This document shows, piece after piece, positions 52,903-62,500 of a stretch of DNA of 62,783 nt. Origin of the DNA: Chthoniobacteraceae bacterium. Lineage in GTDB: Bacteria; Verrucomicrobiota; Verrucomicrobiia; Chthoniobacterales; Chthoniobacteraceae. The stretch lies in contig JBBCKI010000032.1 in assembly GCA_037190965.1 (NCBI GenBank), positions 1-62,783 on the forward strand, in the 5' to 3' direction. A program made the translations under genes and the position numbers. Under the pieces are notes generated by a model that was given only the letters and a program-made list of their open reading frames with translations, searched no databases and was not told the origin of the DNA. The stretch's first letter is position 1. Each line of letters begins with the position of its first letter.

Positions 52903-55614
52903 CTAAAGCAGCTCTTTGACTTTCGCCAATGCTTCGCCCAGTTTGCCCGCTTCCTTCCCCGCGCCGCGTGCAAAGTCAGGGCGTCCGCCCCCTTTGCCGC
53001 CGACAATCGGGGCGAGTTGCTGGATGATCTTTCCGGCCTGCAACTTGGAGACAAATTCCGGCGAGACGACGGCGGCTAGCGCGACGCTTCCCCCGGTGGC
53101 TCCGCCGAGGACGGCGACGCCCTGGAATTTCCCCTTCAAGGCTTCACCAATCGCTTGGAGGCTGTCGCCGTCGAGCGCGCCGAGATCGGCAATGATGGCC
53201 GGGATGCCGTTGATCGTTTCGGCCTTGCCGATGAGCGATTGCGCGGTTTCGGCGGCCTGCCTTTGCTGCACGGCTTTCAACTGCTTCTGAAGCTCCTTCT
53301 GGTCCGCGAGGAGGGCGTCGAGTTTCTTCTCCAGCTCACCCACGGGGGTATTGAGTTTTCCGGCGATGGCGGTGAGCCGGTCGGAAGCGGCCCGTGCCTG
53401 ATCATACGCTTCGAGGCCTGAGACGGCTTCGATGCGTCGGACCCCGGCGGCGATGGCAGCTTCGCTGACGATACGGAAGAGGCCGATCTCTCCGGTGGAA
53501 CGGGCGTGCGTGCCGCCGCAAAGCTCCATGGAGTAGCCATTGAACGCACCACGTTCCCCGCCGATCTGCACGACGCGCACGGTGTCGCCGTATTTGTCGC
53601 CGAAGAACTGCATCACCTCGGGACGGTTGCGGACCTCGGCGAAGGGAACTTCCTGCCACAGGACCGGGGCATCTTCGAGAATGCGTTCGTTGACGAGCCG
53701 CTCCACGTCGCGGAGTTGCGCGGGCGTGAGCGCGCCGCTGTTAAAGTCGAAGGTGAGTTTATCCGGGCCGACGAACGACCCCTTTTGCGTCGCCTCGCGG
53801 CTGACGACCTCGTGCAATGCCCAGTGGAGGAGGTGCGTGACGGTGTGGTGGCGCTGGATGGCGGCGCGGCGGGCGGTGTCCACGCGGACGGTGACGGTGG
53901 AGCCGGGAGCCGGGGCGTCGCTCTCCGCGAGGAAATGTAGCCAGGTCGCGCCTGCCTTCTGCGTGTTGACGACTCGCCAGAGCTTGCCTTCTCCTTCAAT
54001 CTCGCCGGTGTCGCCCACCTGGCCGCCCATCTCGGCGTAGAGCGGCGAGGCATCGAGGATCACGGCGGTTTTGCCTTTGACCTCCACGACATCGAGCACG
54101 CGGGCGGTATGGACCAGCGCGTCGTAGCCGACGAACGGGGTCGGAGCGGCGTCGATGCTGGAGACACTGATGATCTCACGCTTCTGCGCCTTGCGGGCGC
54201 GCTCGCGTTGTTCGTTCATGAGCACGTCGAACCCGGCGACATCCACGGAGAGGCCGCGTTCGCGGGCCATCAGTTCGGTAAGGTCGAGCGGAAAGCCCTG
54301 CTCATCGTAAAGGCGGAAGGCAAAAGCCCCGCTGATCGTGTTGCCCTGAAGGGCGGCGGCTTCGGCTTCGAAGAGGGCGATTCCCTTGTCGAGCGTCCGG
54401 TTGAAGGCTTCCTCCTCGCGCTTGATGGTCTCGGTCACGTGAGCCTGCCGGGTGCGGAGTTCCGGGAAGACGTCGCCCATCATACGGGCGAGCACATCCA
54501 CCAGCTCGTAGAAGAACGGTTTTTCGAAGCCGAGGGAGCGCCCATAACGGACGGCGCGGCGCAGGATGCGGCGCAGGACGTAGTTGCGGTCGCTGTTGCC
54601 GGGCTGGATGCCGTCGGCGATGGCAAAGCTGAGGGTGCGGATGTGATCGGCGATGACCCGGAAGGCGACGTCGATCTTCTCCTGCTCCGTGTGCCCGGTG
54701 CTCCCGGCGACGGGGAGCGTGGAGCGATACTGTTTGCCACTCATCCGTTCCAACTCGTCGAAGATCGGCCGGAAGATGTCGGTCTCGTAATTGGAGACGG
54801 CGGTGGTGAAATCGGTGAACCGCTTGGTGCACTGGAGGATCGAGGTGACGCGCTCGAAGCCCATGCCGGTATCGACGTGCCGCGCGGGAAGCGGGGTGAA
54901 GGTGCCGTCGGGGTTCGCGTTGAACTGGATAAAGACGAGGTTCCAGATCTCGATGCACTCGGCACTCCCCTTGTTGACGAGCGCGCCACGGGTGTCGCCC
55001 TGCGGGGTGAGATCGACATGGAGCTCCGAGCACGGGCCGCAGGGGCCGGTGTCGCCCATCATCCAGAAGTTGTCCTTTTTGTTGCCGTTGACGACATGCA
55101 CCGCCGGATCGAGCCCCACCGAGCGGAAAAGCGTCGCCCAAAGGTCATAGGCTTCCTGATCGAAATCGGAAGGGTCGCCCAGCGATTTGTCGGGGGAATA
55201 AACCGTGGCGTAGAGCCGTTCCGCCGGGAATTTCCAGCGGTTGATGATGAGTTCCCACGCCCACTCGATCGCTTCCTTCTTGAAGTAATCGCCGAAAGAC
55301 CAGTTGCCGAGCATCTCGAAGAAGGTGTGGTGGTAGGTATCCAGCCCCACGTCGTCGAGGTCGTTGTGCTTGCCGCCCGCGCGGATGCACTTCTGGGTGT
55401 CGGCGGCGCGGGTGGGGCTGCCGGGGATCGCGCCGGACCAGCGGTTCACATCGGGCGCGCTTTCACCGAGGAAAATCGGGACGAACTGATTCATTCCCGC
55501 GTTGGTGAAAAGGAGGTTCGGCGAACTGGGCATCAGGCTCGACGACGGGACAAGGGTGTGCTCCCTCTCTCGGAAGAAATCGAGGAACGACTGGCGAATT
55601 TCAGAACTGGTCAT
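52903..55614 (-). CDS. alaS: Alanine--tRNA ligase
   Basis: LLFTNAGMNQF, QKCIRAGGKHND, HTFFEMLGN, HTVTHLLH, ELCGGTH, GGKGGGRPD. Confidence 0.98.
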   Translation of the reverse strand: MTSSEIRQSFLDFFREREHTLVPSSSLMPSSPNLLFTNAGMNQFVPIFLGESAPDVNRWSGAIPGSPTRAADTQKCIRAGGKHNDLDDVGLDTYHHTFFEMLGNWSFGDYFKKEAIEWAWELIINRWKFPAERLYATVYSPDKSLGDPSDFDQEAYDLWATLFRSVGLDPAVHVVNGNKKDNFWMMGDTGPCGPCSELHVDLTPQGDTRGALVNKGSAECIEIWNLVFIQFNANPDGTFTPLPARHVDTGMGFERVTSILQCTKRFTDFTTAVSNYETDIFRPIFDELERMSGKQYRSTLPVAGSTGHTEQEKIDVAFRVIADHIRTLSFAIADGIQPGNSDRNYVLRRILRRAVRYGRSLGFEKPFFYELVDVLARMMGDVFPELRTRQAHVTETIKREEEAFNRTLDKGIALFEAEAAALQGNTISGAFAFRLYDEQGFPLDLTELMARERGLSVDVAGFDVLMNEQRERARKAQKREIISVSSIDAAPTPFVGYDALVHTARVLDVVEVKGKTAVILDASPLYAEMGGQVGDTGEIEGEGKLWRVVNTQKAGATWLHFLAESDAPAPGSTVTVRVDTARRAAIQRHHTVTHLLHWALHEVVSREATQKGSFVGPDKLTFDFNSGALTPAQLRDVERLVNERILEDAPVLWQEVPFAEVRNRPEVMQFFGDKYGDTVRVVQIGGERGAFNGYSMELCGGTHARSTGEIGLFRIVSEAAIAAGVRRIEAVSGLEAYDQARAASDRLTAIAGKLNTPVGELEKKLDALLADQKELQKQLKAVQQRQAAETAQSLIGKAETINGIPAIIADLGALDGDSLQAIGEALKGKFQGVAVLGGATGGSVALAAVVSPEFVSKLQAGKIIQQLAPIVGGKGGGRPDFARGAGKEAGKLGEALAKVKELL

Positions 55615-55729
55615 GACGGGCGATGATTTAGCGGGGTTTGGAAAATAGAGGGTGGCCGTCTCCTTTGCAAGACAAGGCAATTCCCTGACGGATAGCCGCA
55701 AATCCGGCCCCTCAAGCGGATTGGATTTT

Positions 55730-56746
55730 ATGGAGCTCTACCGCATCCGTAATCGCGACGGGCGTTATCATCTCAATCTCGAGCATCAATCGCCCCCTCA
55801 GCCCGGGCCGGGGCAGATCGCCGTGCATGTGAAGGCGGTGTCGCTCAACTACCGGGATCTTCTGGTGATGCGGCGCGAATACGGGGGCATCGATCCCGAA
55901 GGGTTGATTCCTGCTTCCGATGCGGCGGGAGAAGTGGTGGCGGTGGGCGAGGGTGTGACCCGTTTTGCAACCGGCGACAGGGTGGCGGGTTGCTTTTTTC
56001 AAAACTGGAGCAGCGGTCCGGCGAGCCGGAAGGCGGCGCAATCCGCGTTGGGCGGATCGATCCCGGGGGTGCTGGCCAAAGAGGTCCTCTTTGAAGAGGG
56101 AGGAGCCGTGATGGTGCCCATGCATCTTAGTTTCGAAGAAGCGGCCACCCTCCCTTGCGCCGGGTTGACGGCATGGAACGGGCTTTTTACCCGGGGCGAT
56201 CTTCACGCCGGGGAAACGGTGTTGCTGCTCGGAACCGGAGGTGTCTCGGTCTTTGGTCTGCAATTCGCCATTGCCGCCGGGGCTGGGGCAATTGTGACCA
56301 GCAGCAGCGATGAAAAACTCGCCCGCGCGCAGGCGTTTGGAGCGTGGGGTGGAGTGAACTACCGCGCGATGCCGGAGTGGCAACAGGAGGTGCTTCGTCT
56401 GACTGACGGGAAGGGGGTGGAACAGATTCTCGAAGTCGGCGGCACCGGGACGCTGGCCCGGTCACTCGAGGCTCTCGCCTATAATGGCCATATCGCGTTG
56501 ATCGGCCTTCTGGCGAGATCCGGGGCCGGGGTGGATCCGTTTCCGCTGGCGATGAAGAGCGGTACGATGTCGGGGATCTTTGTCGGTTCGCGGGAGAACT
56601 TCGAGGCGATGAACGCGTTCATCACCCGGCATGGGATTCACCCGGTGATCGACCGGGTCTTCCCTTTCAATGAGGCGGCTGAGGCTTACCGATATCTTGA
56701 GGCTGCGGGTCATTTCGGAAAGGTCGTTATTCAGGCAGGGGGATAG
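55730..56746 (+). CDS. NAD(P)-dependent medium-chain dehydrogenase/reductase
   Basis: AVSLNYRD, PASDAAGEV, AATLPCAGLTAW, GTGGVS, HFGKVVI. Confidence 0.9.
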   Translation: MELYRIRNRDGRYHLNLEHQSPPQPGPGQIAVHVKAVSLNYRDLLVMRREYGGIDPEGLIPASDAAGEVVAVGEGVTRFATGDRVAGCFFQNWSSGPASRKAAQSALGGSIPGVLAKEVLFEEGGAVMVPMHLSFEEAATLPCAGLTAWNGLFTRGDLHAGETVLLLGTGGVSVFGLQFAIAAGAGAIVTSSSDEKLARAQAFGAWGGVNYRAMPEWQQEVLRLTDGKGVEQILEVGGTGTLARSLEALAYNGHIALIGLLARSGAGVDPFPLAMKSGTMSGIFVGSRENFEAMNAFITRHGIHPVIDRVFPFNEAAEAYRYLEAAGHFGKVVIQAGG

Positions 56747-56869
56747 CCCGTCACCGGGGACCATTCTTGTCGCGGAATCCGAAACGGGATTGACCTGAAT
56801 TCCGAAGTTGCTCGCGGCGGACTTGCGCAATTCCACTCGCTCCAACATCGGAATTCAGGATTAATTCGC

Positions 56870-58555
56870 ATGGAAGCGACGGAGATCTATTATCGGATGG
56901 GCGGACCCGTGAGCCGGGGGAAATGCATCGAGGGGCCGCGGCAAGGGCCCTTTCTGATGAATGGCCGGTTTGCCGACCGCCGCGCTCTTTCCTCTGCGGT
57001 GGCGGAGCGGCTGCTGCCGGCGATTTACCGTTGTTGCGGGCTGGGGTTTCACGCGCCATGGTTTGCCGTGCGCGAGAACGACCTTGCGCCATGGCCGGAC
57101 GCCTGCGCCATCCTTCGGCATGGATCGGGCAACGCGGTGGCCCGGGTGACCTGCGGCGGAAGCGGAAAAGTGACCGTCTCCTTTCTTACACGGCTGCGTT
57201 GCGGCGGCGGCATTCTTTCCTTCAACCGGCCGCTTGGCGATCCCGGGGGGGCGAAAGAGTGCGCCTGGCCGCGGGGGATTCACGCTTATGTGCAGCAGGG
57301 AGCCGCGCCCGATGGGCTGTGGGACTTCCACAAGCGGCAGGTGGCGCTCCTTGAGGAAGCGATTCCCGAGCCGCTCGCGGATGACGTGGAAATGGTGGCA
57401 TTTTGCGATTCGTTGGAAAAAACACTCTTCGAATGGCGATTGCGAAGCGGCGTTCTGATTCCCCTAACCGCGCATGAGGTGATGGAAACGCGCGAGTGCG
57501 CCCGGGCGGCCCGGGATTACGCGGCCCGGGTGGAGTCGGCGAAGTTGGCGGGCGAGGAGACGATGATTGCTCTCGCCCGGCTCACACGACAGCCCCCGCT
57601 TCGATCCCACAGCCTCTGGGCGTTCCTACTGACGGCTATCGCTTTGATCGTATTTGGCTTCGCCCAGCCCTTCGATCCGATATTCCTGGCGATGGCGGCG
57701 GGGGCGTTTTTCTTTCATGAACTGGGGCGACGGGTGGCGGAATGGGCTTTCCGGAAGGATGGAACGACGGGGGGGCTCCAGTGGAAACAAGCGGTGATTT
57801 CGATGATGGGACCTCTGCCGGGGATTCTGGCGGGAACGCTGGTAGCGACGTTCGCGGTGAGCGCTGCTTCTGATTCCACCCGCGCCGGGCAATTGAGTCT
57901 CCTGCTTTTAGTGTCCAATTTTCTGACATTGCTTCCCCTTTCCTCCCTGAGCGGCGGGCGCTTTTTCGACGCCGTTCTATTTTGTCGGAATGCATGGCTT
58001 GAACCGATGTCGCGGGCGGCGGCGGGCGTTGCGGTGGCGCTGACGGCGTGGGAGTTGCAATGGTCCTTTGTGAGCTTCCTGGCGCTTTGGATTGCCCTCT
58101 CCCCATGGTCCAAACCCCGGTATCTGGGCCTGGCAGGGCGGCTTCGCCGGGCGATTCCTCCGCTGGAGACGAGAGGCGGGGATGCTGGCCTGATTGCGCC
58201 GGAAGTCGTCGCGGCGGTCGTTCGCGCGGTAAAGATAAGGCACCCGCGTCTGCGCGATCGGGGGCAGATCGTGGACATCGCCTGCCGTATTTACGAGACG
58301 ATGACCGCCCGGCCACCAAGCACTCGGGTGACCTGCTGCCTGCTGGCCCTTTATGGGGTGGCGCTTTTGCTTCCGCTGGCTCCTCTCAAGCTTTATGTGG
58401 AGCGCTGCCCGGTCCTGAAAGAATGGGCCAGGATCGGGAATCTTCAGGACGGGAACCTTCAGGAGACCGGCGTTTTGCCTGCGGAAGTCTCCGAGCAGAC
58501 TGATGACGAAGCCGGTGAGGAATCAAACGGTTGGGAGTTGCCCGAAACAATTTAG
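56870..58555 (+). CDS. Site-2 protease (M50)-like membrane protein with degenerate zinc motifs
   Basis: FFHELGR in place of HExxH; ISMMGPLPG; NFLTLLPLSSLSGGR in place of NLLP..PLDGG. Confidence 0.65.
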   Translation: MEATEIYYRMGGPVSRGKCIEGPRQGPFLMNGRFADRRALSSAVAERLLPAIYRCCGLGFHAPWFAVRENDLAPWPDACAILRHGSGNAVARVTCGGSGKVTVSFLTRLRCGGGILSFNRPLGDPGGAKECAWPRGIHAYVQQGAAPDGLWDFHKRQVALLEEAIPEPLADDVEMVAFCDSLEKTLFEWRLRSGVLIPLTAHEVMETRECARAARDYAARVESAKLAGEETMIALARLTRQPPLRSHSLWAFLLTAIALIVFGFAQPFDPIFLAMAAGAFFFHELGRRVAEWAFRKDGTTGGLQWKQAVISMMGPLPGILAGTLVATFAVSAASDSTRAGQLSLLLLVSNFLTLLPLSSLSGGRFFDAVLFCRNAWLEPMSRAAAGVAVALTAWELQWSFVSFLALWIALSPWSKPRYLGLAGRLRRAIPPLETRGGDAGLIAPEVVAAVVRAVKIRHPRLRDRGQIVDIACRIYETMTARPPSTRVTCCLLALYGVALLLPLAPLKLYVERCPVLKEWARIGNLQDGNLQETGVLPAEVSEQTDDEAGEESNGWELPETI

Positions 58556-58586
58556 CAAGGGCGCGCTCCTTCTCTTGGCAGCGGAG

Positions 58587-59036
58587 TTACCCTGCCAACC
58601 GTGGGGAGAATCCCCCGGAAACACTGGGAGAGAGCTTTGCGCTGGGGCGGAAACGGCGGATCGGGCGGTCCTGCTCTTCGTCGCAGAGTGAGTCGAGCAT
58701 GCGGATCCAATCCCTCCAGGCATCTTCGGAAATGAGCGGGTTCTCGGGATGGACCCAGTCGGTGGGCGTGGAGTGACATCCTCGCGTGGGGCAGTGGAGC
58801 ATGGTGGCTCCCCGGCGGTCCGTTGAAACGCGGATTGTCCGGCCGCTGATGATCTTTTCGCAAAGAATGCAGTGTCGGGTATCGTCCAGTGATTGCCATG
58901 GCCGATTCTGATCGGCTTCTCTCAAAAGTTTTAGTTTGGTTTCACCGGCAAGATCCTCGAATTGATTCTTCATGAGTCTGTTTTTCCTTCTTTGATCTTC
59001 GGCGGAAAGTGCCTTGAAGCGCTTCCCGGATTGCAT
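58587..59036 (-). CDS. Small hypothetical protein with four-Cys zinc-ribbon-like motif
   Basis: W.SLDD.RHCILC...CPTRGC; start uncertain (58973 or 59036). Confidence 0.65.
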   Translation of the reverse strand: MQSGKRFKALSAEDQRRKNRLMKNQFEDLAGETKLKLLREADQNRPWQSLDDTRHCILCEKIISGRTIRVSTDRRGATMLHCPTRGCHSTPTDWVHPENPLISEDAWRDWIRMLDSLCDEEQDRPIRRFRPSAKLSPSVSGGFSPRLAG

Positions 59037-59780
59037 TTTCGATGATGCAGGTTCCCTAATCGCCGCGCAATCGGGACGCCCCCTGCTCGCCTGTTCCTGC
59101 AATCCCCGAATGTGATTCGGTAATCCAGCCGGGGAATCGCGGCCCTGAATGAGGCCAGGGAAAACGAGCGATCTCGTCAGCCGGTCATTTTTGACGCATT
59201 GCTCCAGTAAAACGGCCTGCATTTTCGCCAAACCGCGATTTCTTAGGGGATTCCACCAGTGGCGGAACGGGGGTGAACCGATTGTCGTCATGCTTGTGCA
59301 GCCCTAGCCTCCCCTTACGCAAAAACGTCCCCCCCGGCGTCTGAAAGGGCGAAGGGTTGGGAGGTTGAGCTTCTACGGCGATGTCGGCACGATAGGGAAT
59401 GTTGGGGCTGCTGCGTCGCTGTAGTCTTTTAACCCGAAAACCCGAAACCTGATGCTGATCTTGTGTAAGATACTGGAAATAAACGACCTGATCACGGTGC
59501 GGCTCTATCGACAGATAGAGCTTTGCTTTTTCCCAGCCGTTTCAATTCCAGTATTACGGCCAAAATTGGCCGGGATCAGTGGCGGCACTCGGGTTTTGTC
59601 ATTTCAACCATGATACCGAACCCCGCGATTCTTTCTTACTGGGAAGGAAGATCACGGATTGTTTTCCACCCGGGGAAAAGATTAAGTGGGTGACTTGGAA
59701 CCATTTGTAATTTCCCGAGAGAAAAAGGAACCGATTCCCGGAGGAATTTCGATAGTCGTTATCGCAGCTCCCGAGCGCCA

Positions 59781-60446
59781 ATGAAAAAGCCCGATATCAA
59801 AGCGAAAGTCCTAATTGTCGATGACCATCCCATCGTCCGCCAGGGATTGGCTCAGCTTCTCAACGGAGAAACTGATTTTATGGTTTGTGGCGAGGCCGAT
59901 AACGCCCGAAAGGCGATGGCCGCCATTACCGACCTGAAACCCGACCTGGCGATTGTCGATATTACCCTTCAGGGGACCAACGGCATCGAGTTGATCAAAA
60001 ACATCGTCGCGCAATGGCCCGAGTTGCCGATCCTGGTGCTCTCCATGCACGACGAGTCTCTCTATGCCGAGAGGGCCTTGAGAGCGGGCGCGAAAGGATA
60101 CGTCATGAAGCAGGAGGCGACGGAGAAGCTCACGGGAGCATTGCGCCGTATCCTGAATGGCCAGATTTACGTTTCCGAAAAGCTGGCCGACAAAATGATG
60201 CGCAAGGCGATCGACGGGAAATCCGTCCAGGATACTTCGCCCGTTGCCGTTCTCTCCGATCGCGAGCTGGAGGTGCTTCAACTGATCGGCCAGGGGCACG
60301 GTACCCGGCAAATCGCGGAAGACCTGAGCTTGAGCGTGAAGACGATCGAGAGCCATCGCGCGCACATCAAGGAGAAGCTGAATCTTAAAACCGCGCCGGA
60401 GATGGTCCGCTTCGCGGTGCAGTGGGTCAATCAAGGCGCGCTTTGA
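59781..60446 (+). CDS. Orphan NarL/LuxR-family response regulator
   Basis: VDDHPIVRQG, VDITL, LSMH, LSDRELEV..IAEDLSLSVKTIESHR. Confidence 0.94.
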   Translation: MKKPDIKAKVLIVDDHPIVRQGLAQLLNGETDFMVCGEADNARKAMAAITDLKPDLAIVDITLQGTNGIELIKNIVAQWPELPILVLSMHDESLYAERALRAGAKGYVMKQEATEKLTGALRRILNGQIYVSEKLADKMMRKAIDGKSVQDTSPVAVLSDRELEVLQLIGQGHGTRQIAEDLSLSVKTIESHRAHIKEKLNLKTAPEMVRFAVQWVNQGAL

Positions 60447-60723
60447 TCCGCCGGGTCGAAGGAACCGATCAGGGCGGGTGTTCCCTTGTGACCCGGGCCG
60501 AGCGTGCTCACAAATCTCGCACGCGAGGTGTGCGAGATCGGGCAATTCGATTTTTCATCTGATTCCATTTTGTCGTAATCAGTATTAACGGAACTCGAAT
60601 TTCCAGACGCGTTTCTTTGCTTCACGCTAGTCGTTTGAAACATGAGCAGATTCGGCTTTTCTTCGTAGGCACAAAATCGCGACGGAGAACCGCAACTCCG
60701 CGAGAGCGTGATCTCCGGAGTTT

Positions 60724-61737
60724 ATGCATCATGAGCAGGTGTCATTTCACCTGCCTTCCAACTCCCGATGGGCATCGCGTTCGCTATCCTTTTCAAATCG
60801 GATCGCGACGGTCAACGCGCGCTATTCTCATTCAGGATGCAATTGCCAGAAGTATCGGGATATTATCCTAAAAAGCCCATTGGCAAAAGGAATCCGACCC
60901 GGGAACTTGAGTGTCTGCGGAGACGGAACTCTGCGGGTGATTTTGAATAGTGAATGGAAGGAGATGCTGGCAGGTCTTCGCGATATTGGGAAGGTGCTTG
61001 TCATATCGCGCAATGGGTCTGCAGTAATCGCGCGATATATGGTTTATCCGGAACTGATCTTCGACCAGGGAGAACGGAAGGGAAGCGATGCGGATGATCA
61101 AATCAACCTTGACCTGCGGTGGTGGCGATTTGCTCATGCCCGGCATTCGCGGATGCCGAATGGGGAAGGTTATGCCATTGATTTCCACGATGCACACCGG
61201 CAATCTTTTCACTCGGTGGTGCTGACGCCCGATTCAAGCATGTCTTGCTTGTCCGAATGGGTGCAAAAACATCAGATGCGGACGGAATGCACCCGTGAAG
61301 AAACTGAGAGTCCGGCGAGGAAAACCGGGAGCGTCGACAATTTACCCCCCGACCTATCGCATCACTGTTGCCGTCGCGTTTTGATTGATCGCGCGGAGTT
61401 GCTTCCCTTGTTGAGATGGATGACTGAACTGGCGATTCCCATCCGGGCGGTAGTGGGCCATGAGGCGATCGCTCAGGGGCATATCTTTACTCCTCGCAGC
61501 ATCCGGGAAAGCGGTTCGTGGATTTTTTGTTCGGATGACGATACGGGCTTTCACTTTGATCTTGGAGGCGTTTCCACAGTCCGTCTCGATGGGTTTGAAT
61601 TGCAGGGGCACGAATGCTGGGCTTTGAAGGGTTTCAGCGCCGAAGGGCGATTGCTCTTCTTTCTCGCCCCCGGAGATTTTGCATCTCTCAACCAATGGAA
61701 CACTCTCTTGAGAGAGGTTGCCGACGAGGAATGCTGA
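60724..61737 (+). CDS. HemS/ChuS/PhuS-like heme-utilisation protein (diverged, start uncertain)
   Basis: W.EML..L..IG.V..ISRN..AV, INLDLR, IDFHD......HSV, IPI...VG......QGH, FHFDL two-domain pattern. Confidence 0.6.
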   Translation: MHHEQVSFHLPSNSRWASRSLSFSNRIATVNARYSHSGCNCQKYRDIILKSPLAKGIRPGNLSVCGDGTLRVILNSEWKEMLAGLRDIGKVLVISRNGSAVIARYMVYPELIFDQGERKGSDADDQINLDLRWWRFAHARHSRMPNGEGYAIDFHDAHRQSFHSVVLTPDSSMSCLSEWVQKHQMRTECTREETESPARKTGSVDNLPPDLSHHCCRRVLIDRAELLPLLRWMTELAIPIRAVVGHEAIAQGHIFTPRSIRESGSWIFCSDDDTGFHFDLGGVSTVRLDGFELQGHECWALKGFSAEGRLLFFLAPGDFASLNQWNTLLREVADEEC

Positions 61738-61789
61738 GCATCTGGTGCCCCCGGCAACCGGTGAATCGTTGACTGTAATCTAAGCTATT

Positions 61790-62251
61790 ATGAGCCGATC
61801 CATTCTTATTCTTTATGCGACTTTGACGGGCAACTCCGAGGAAGTGGCCAAATCTGTCGCCGCCGCTGCAAGCAAGCGTGGCTATGAGCCAACGACGACG
61901 AACATCGGTGACTATCGCTTCGAATTGCATGCCCTGGAGGGAAGGGTGCTATTAATCGCAAGCACCCAAGGCGACGGAGATCCGCCTCCGGACGCGGAAG
62001 AGTTTTACGAATGGTTGAAAGCCCGCACGACGCCTCTGGCGAAGGTGCATTACTCCATCTACGCGCTCGGAGATACTAGCTATGATGACTTCTGCGGGTT
62101 CGGAAAGGCGCTGGATGCAGAGTTCGAGCGGTTGGGCGCGACGCGGGTTGCGGAGCGTTCGGACAATGATGTCGACTATGAGGCCGGGCTTGCCGATTGG
62201 CTGGACGCGGTTTTTGCCGGATTCGAGAAGGCCGAAGCGGTTCCTGCATAG
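61790..62251 (+). CDS. Flavodoxin (MioC/CysJ-type short chain)
   Basis: YATLTGNSE, STQGDGDPP, ALGDTSYDDFC. Confidence 0.92.
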   Translation: MSRSILILYATLTGNSEEVAKSVAAAASKRGYEPTTTNIGDYRFELHALEGRVLLIASTQGDGDPPPDAEEFYEWLKARTTPLAKVHYSIYALGDTSYDDFCGFGKALDAEFERLGATRVAERSDNDVDYEAGLADWLDAVFAGFEKAEAVPA

Positions 62252-62339
62252 GCAGGCATCGTCTTAAATTTGGACGCGGTTTGTCGGCCACGAATGCCTT
62301 TTCGTCCGAGGCACGAAGGGGGAGCGATACAAGAAGAAT

Positions 62340-62500
62340 GGTGCGGTAGCACCGGTAGACCGCTCGCGCCGTCGAGCGCGGGTATTGGCTCCTGCGACTT
62401 CATGAGGGTCTCATCCCAATACAAACAGGCCGCCCTGCGGGGATGGGCGCCAAACGCGACTCTTCATCGATCCCGCGCTCTCGGCGAGAGCGGGCTACCT
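62340..62500 (+). repeat. REPIN-like element family A
   Basis: GGTGCGGTAGCACCGGTAGACCGCTCGCG ... CCCGCGCTCTCGGCGAGAGCGGGCTACCT. Confidence 0.95.

Noticed and set aside
60514..60538. Hairpin ATCTCGCACGC-GAG-GTGTGCGAGAT after the response regulator
   Set aside because: Probably an ordinary 3' stem-loop; no T-tract or second copy to support more.
19563..62500. Family-A repeats as a CRISPR array or integron attC array
   Set aside because: Copies are kilobases apart, in both orientations, next to housekeeping genes; no regular spacers, cas genes or integrase.
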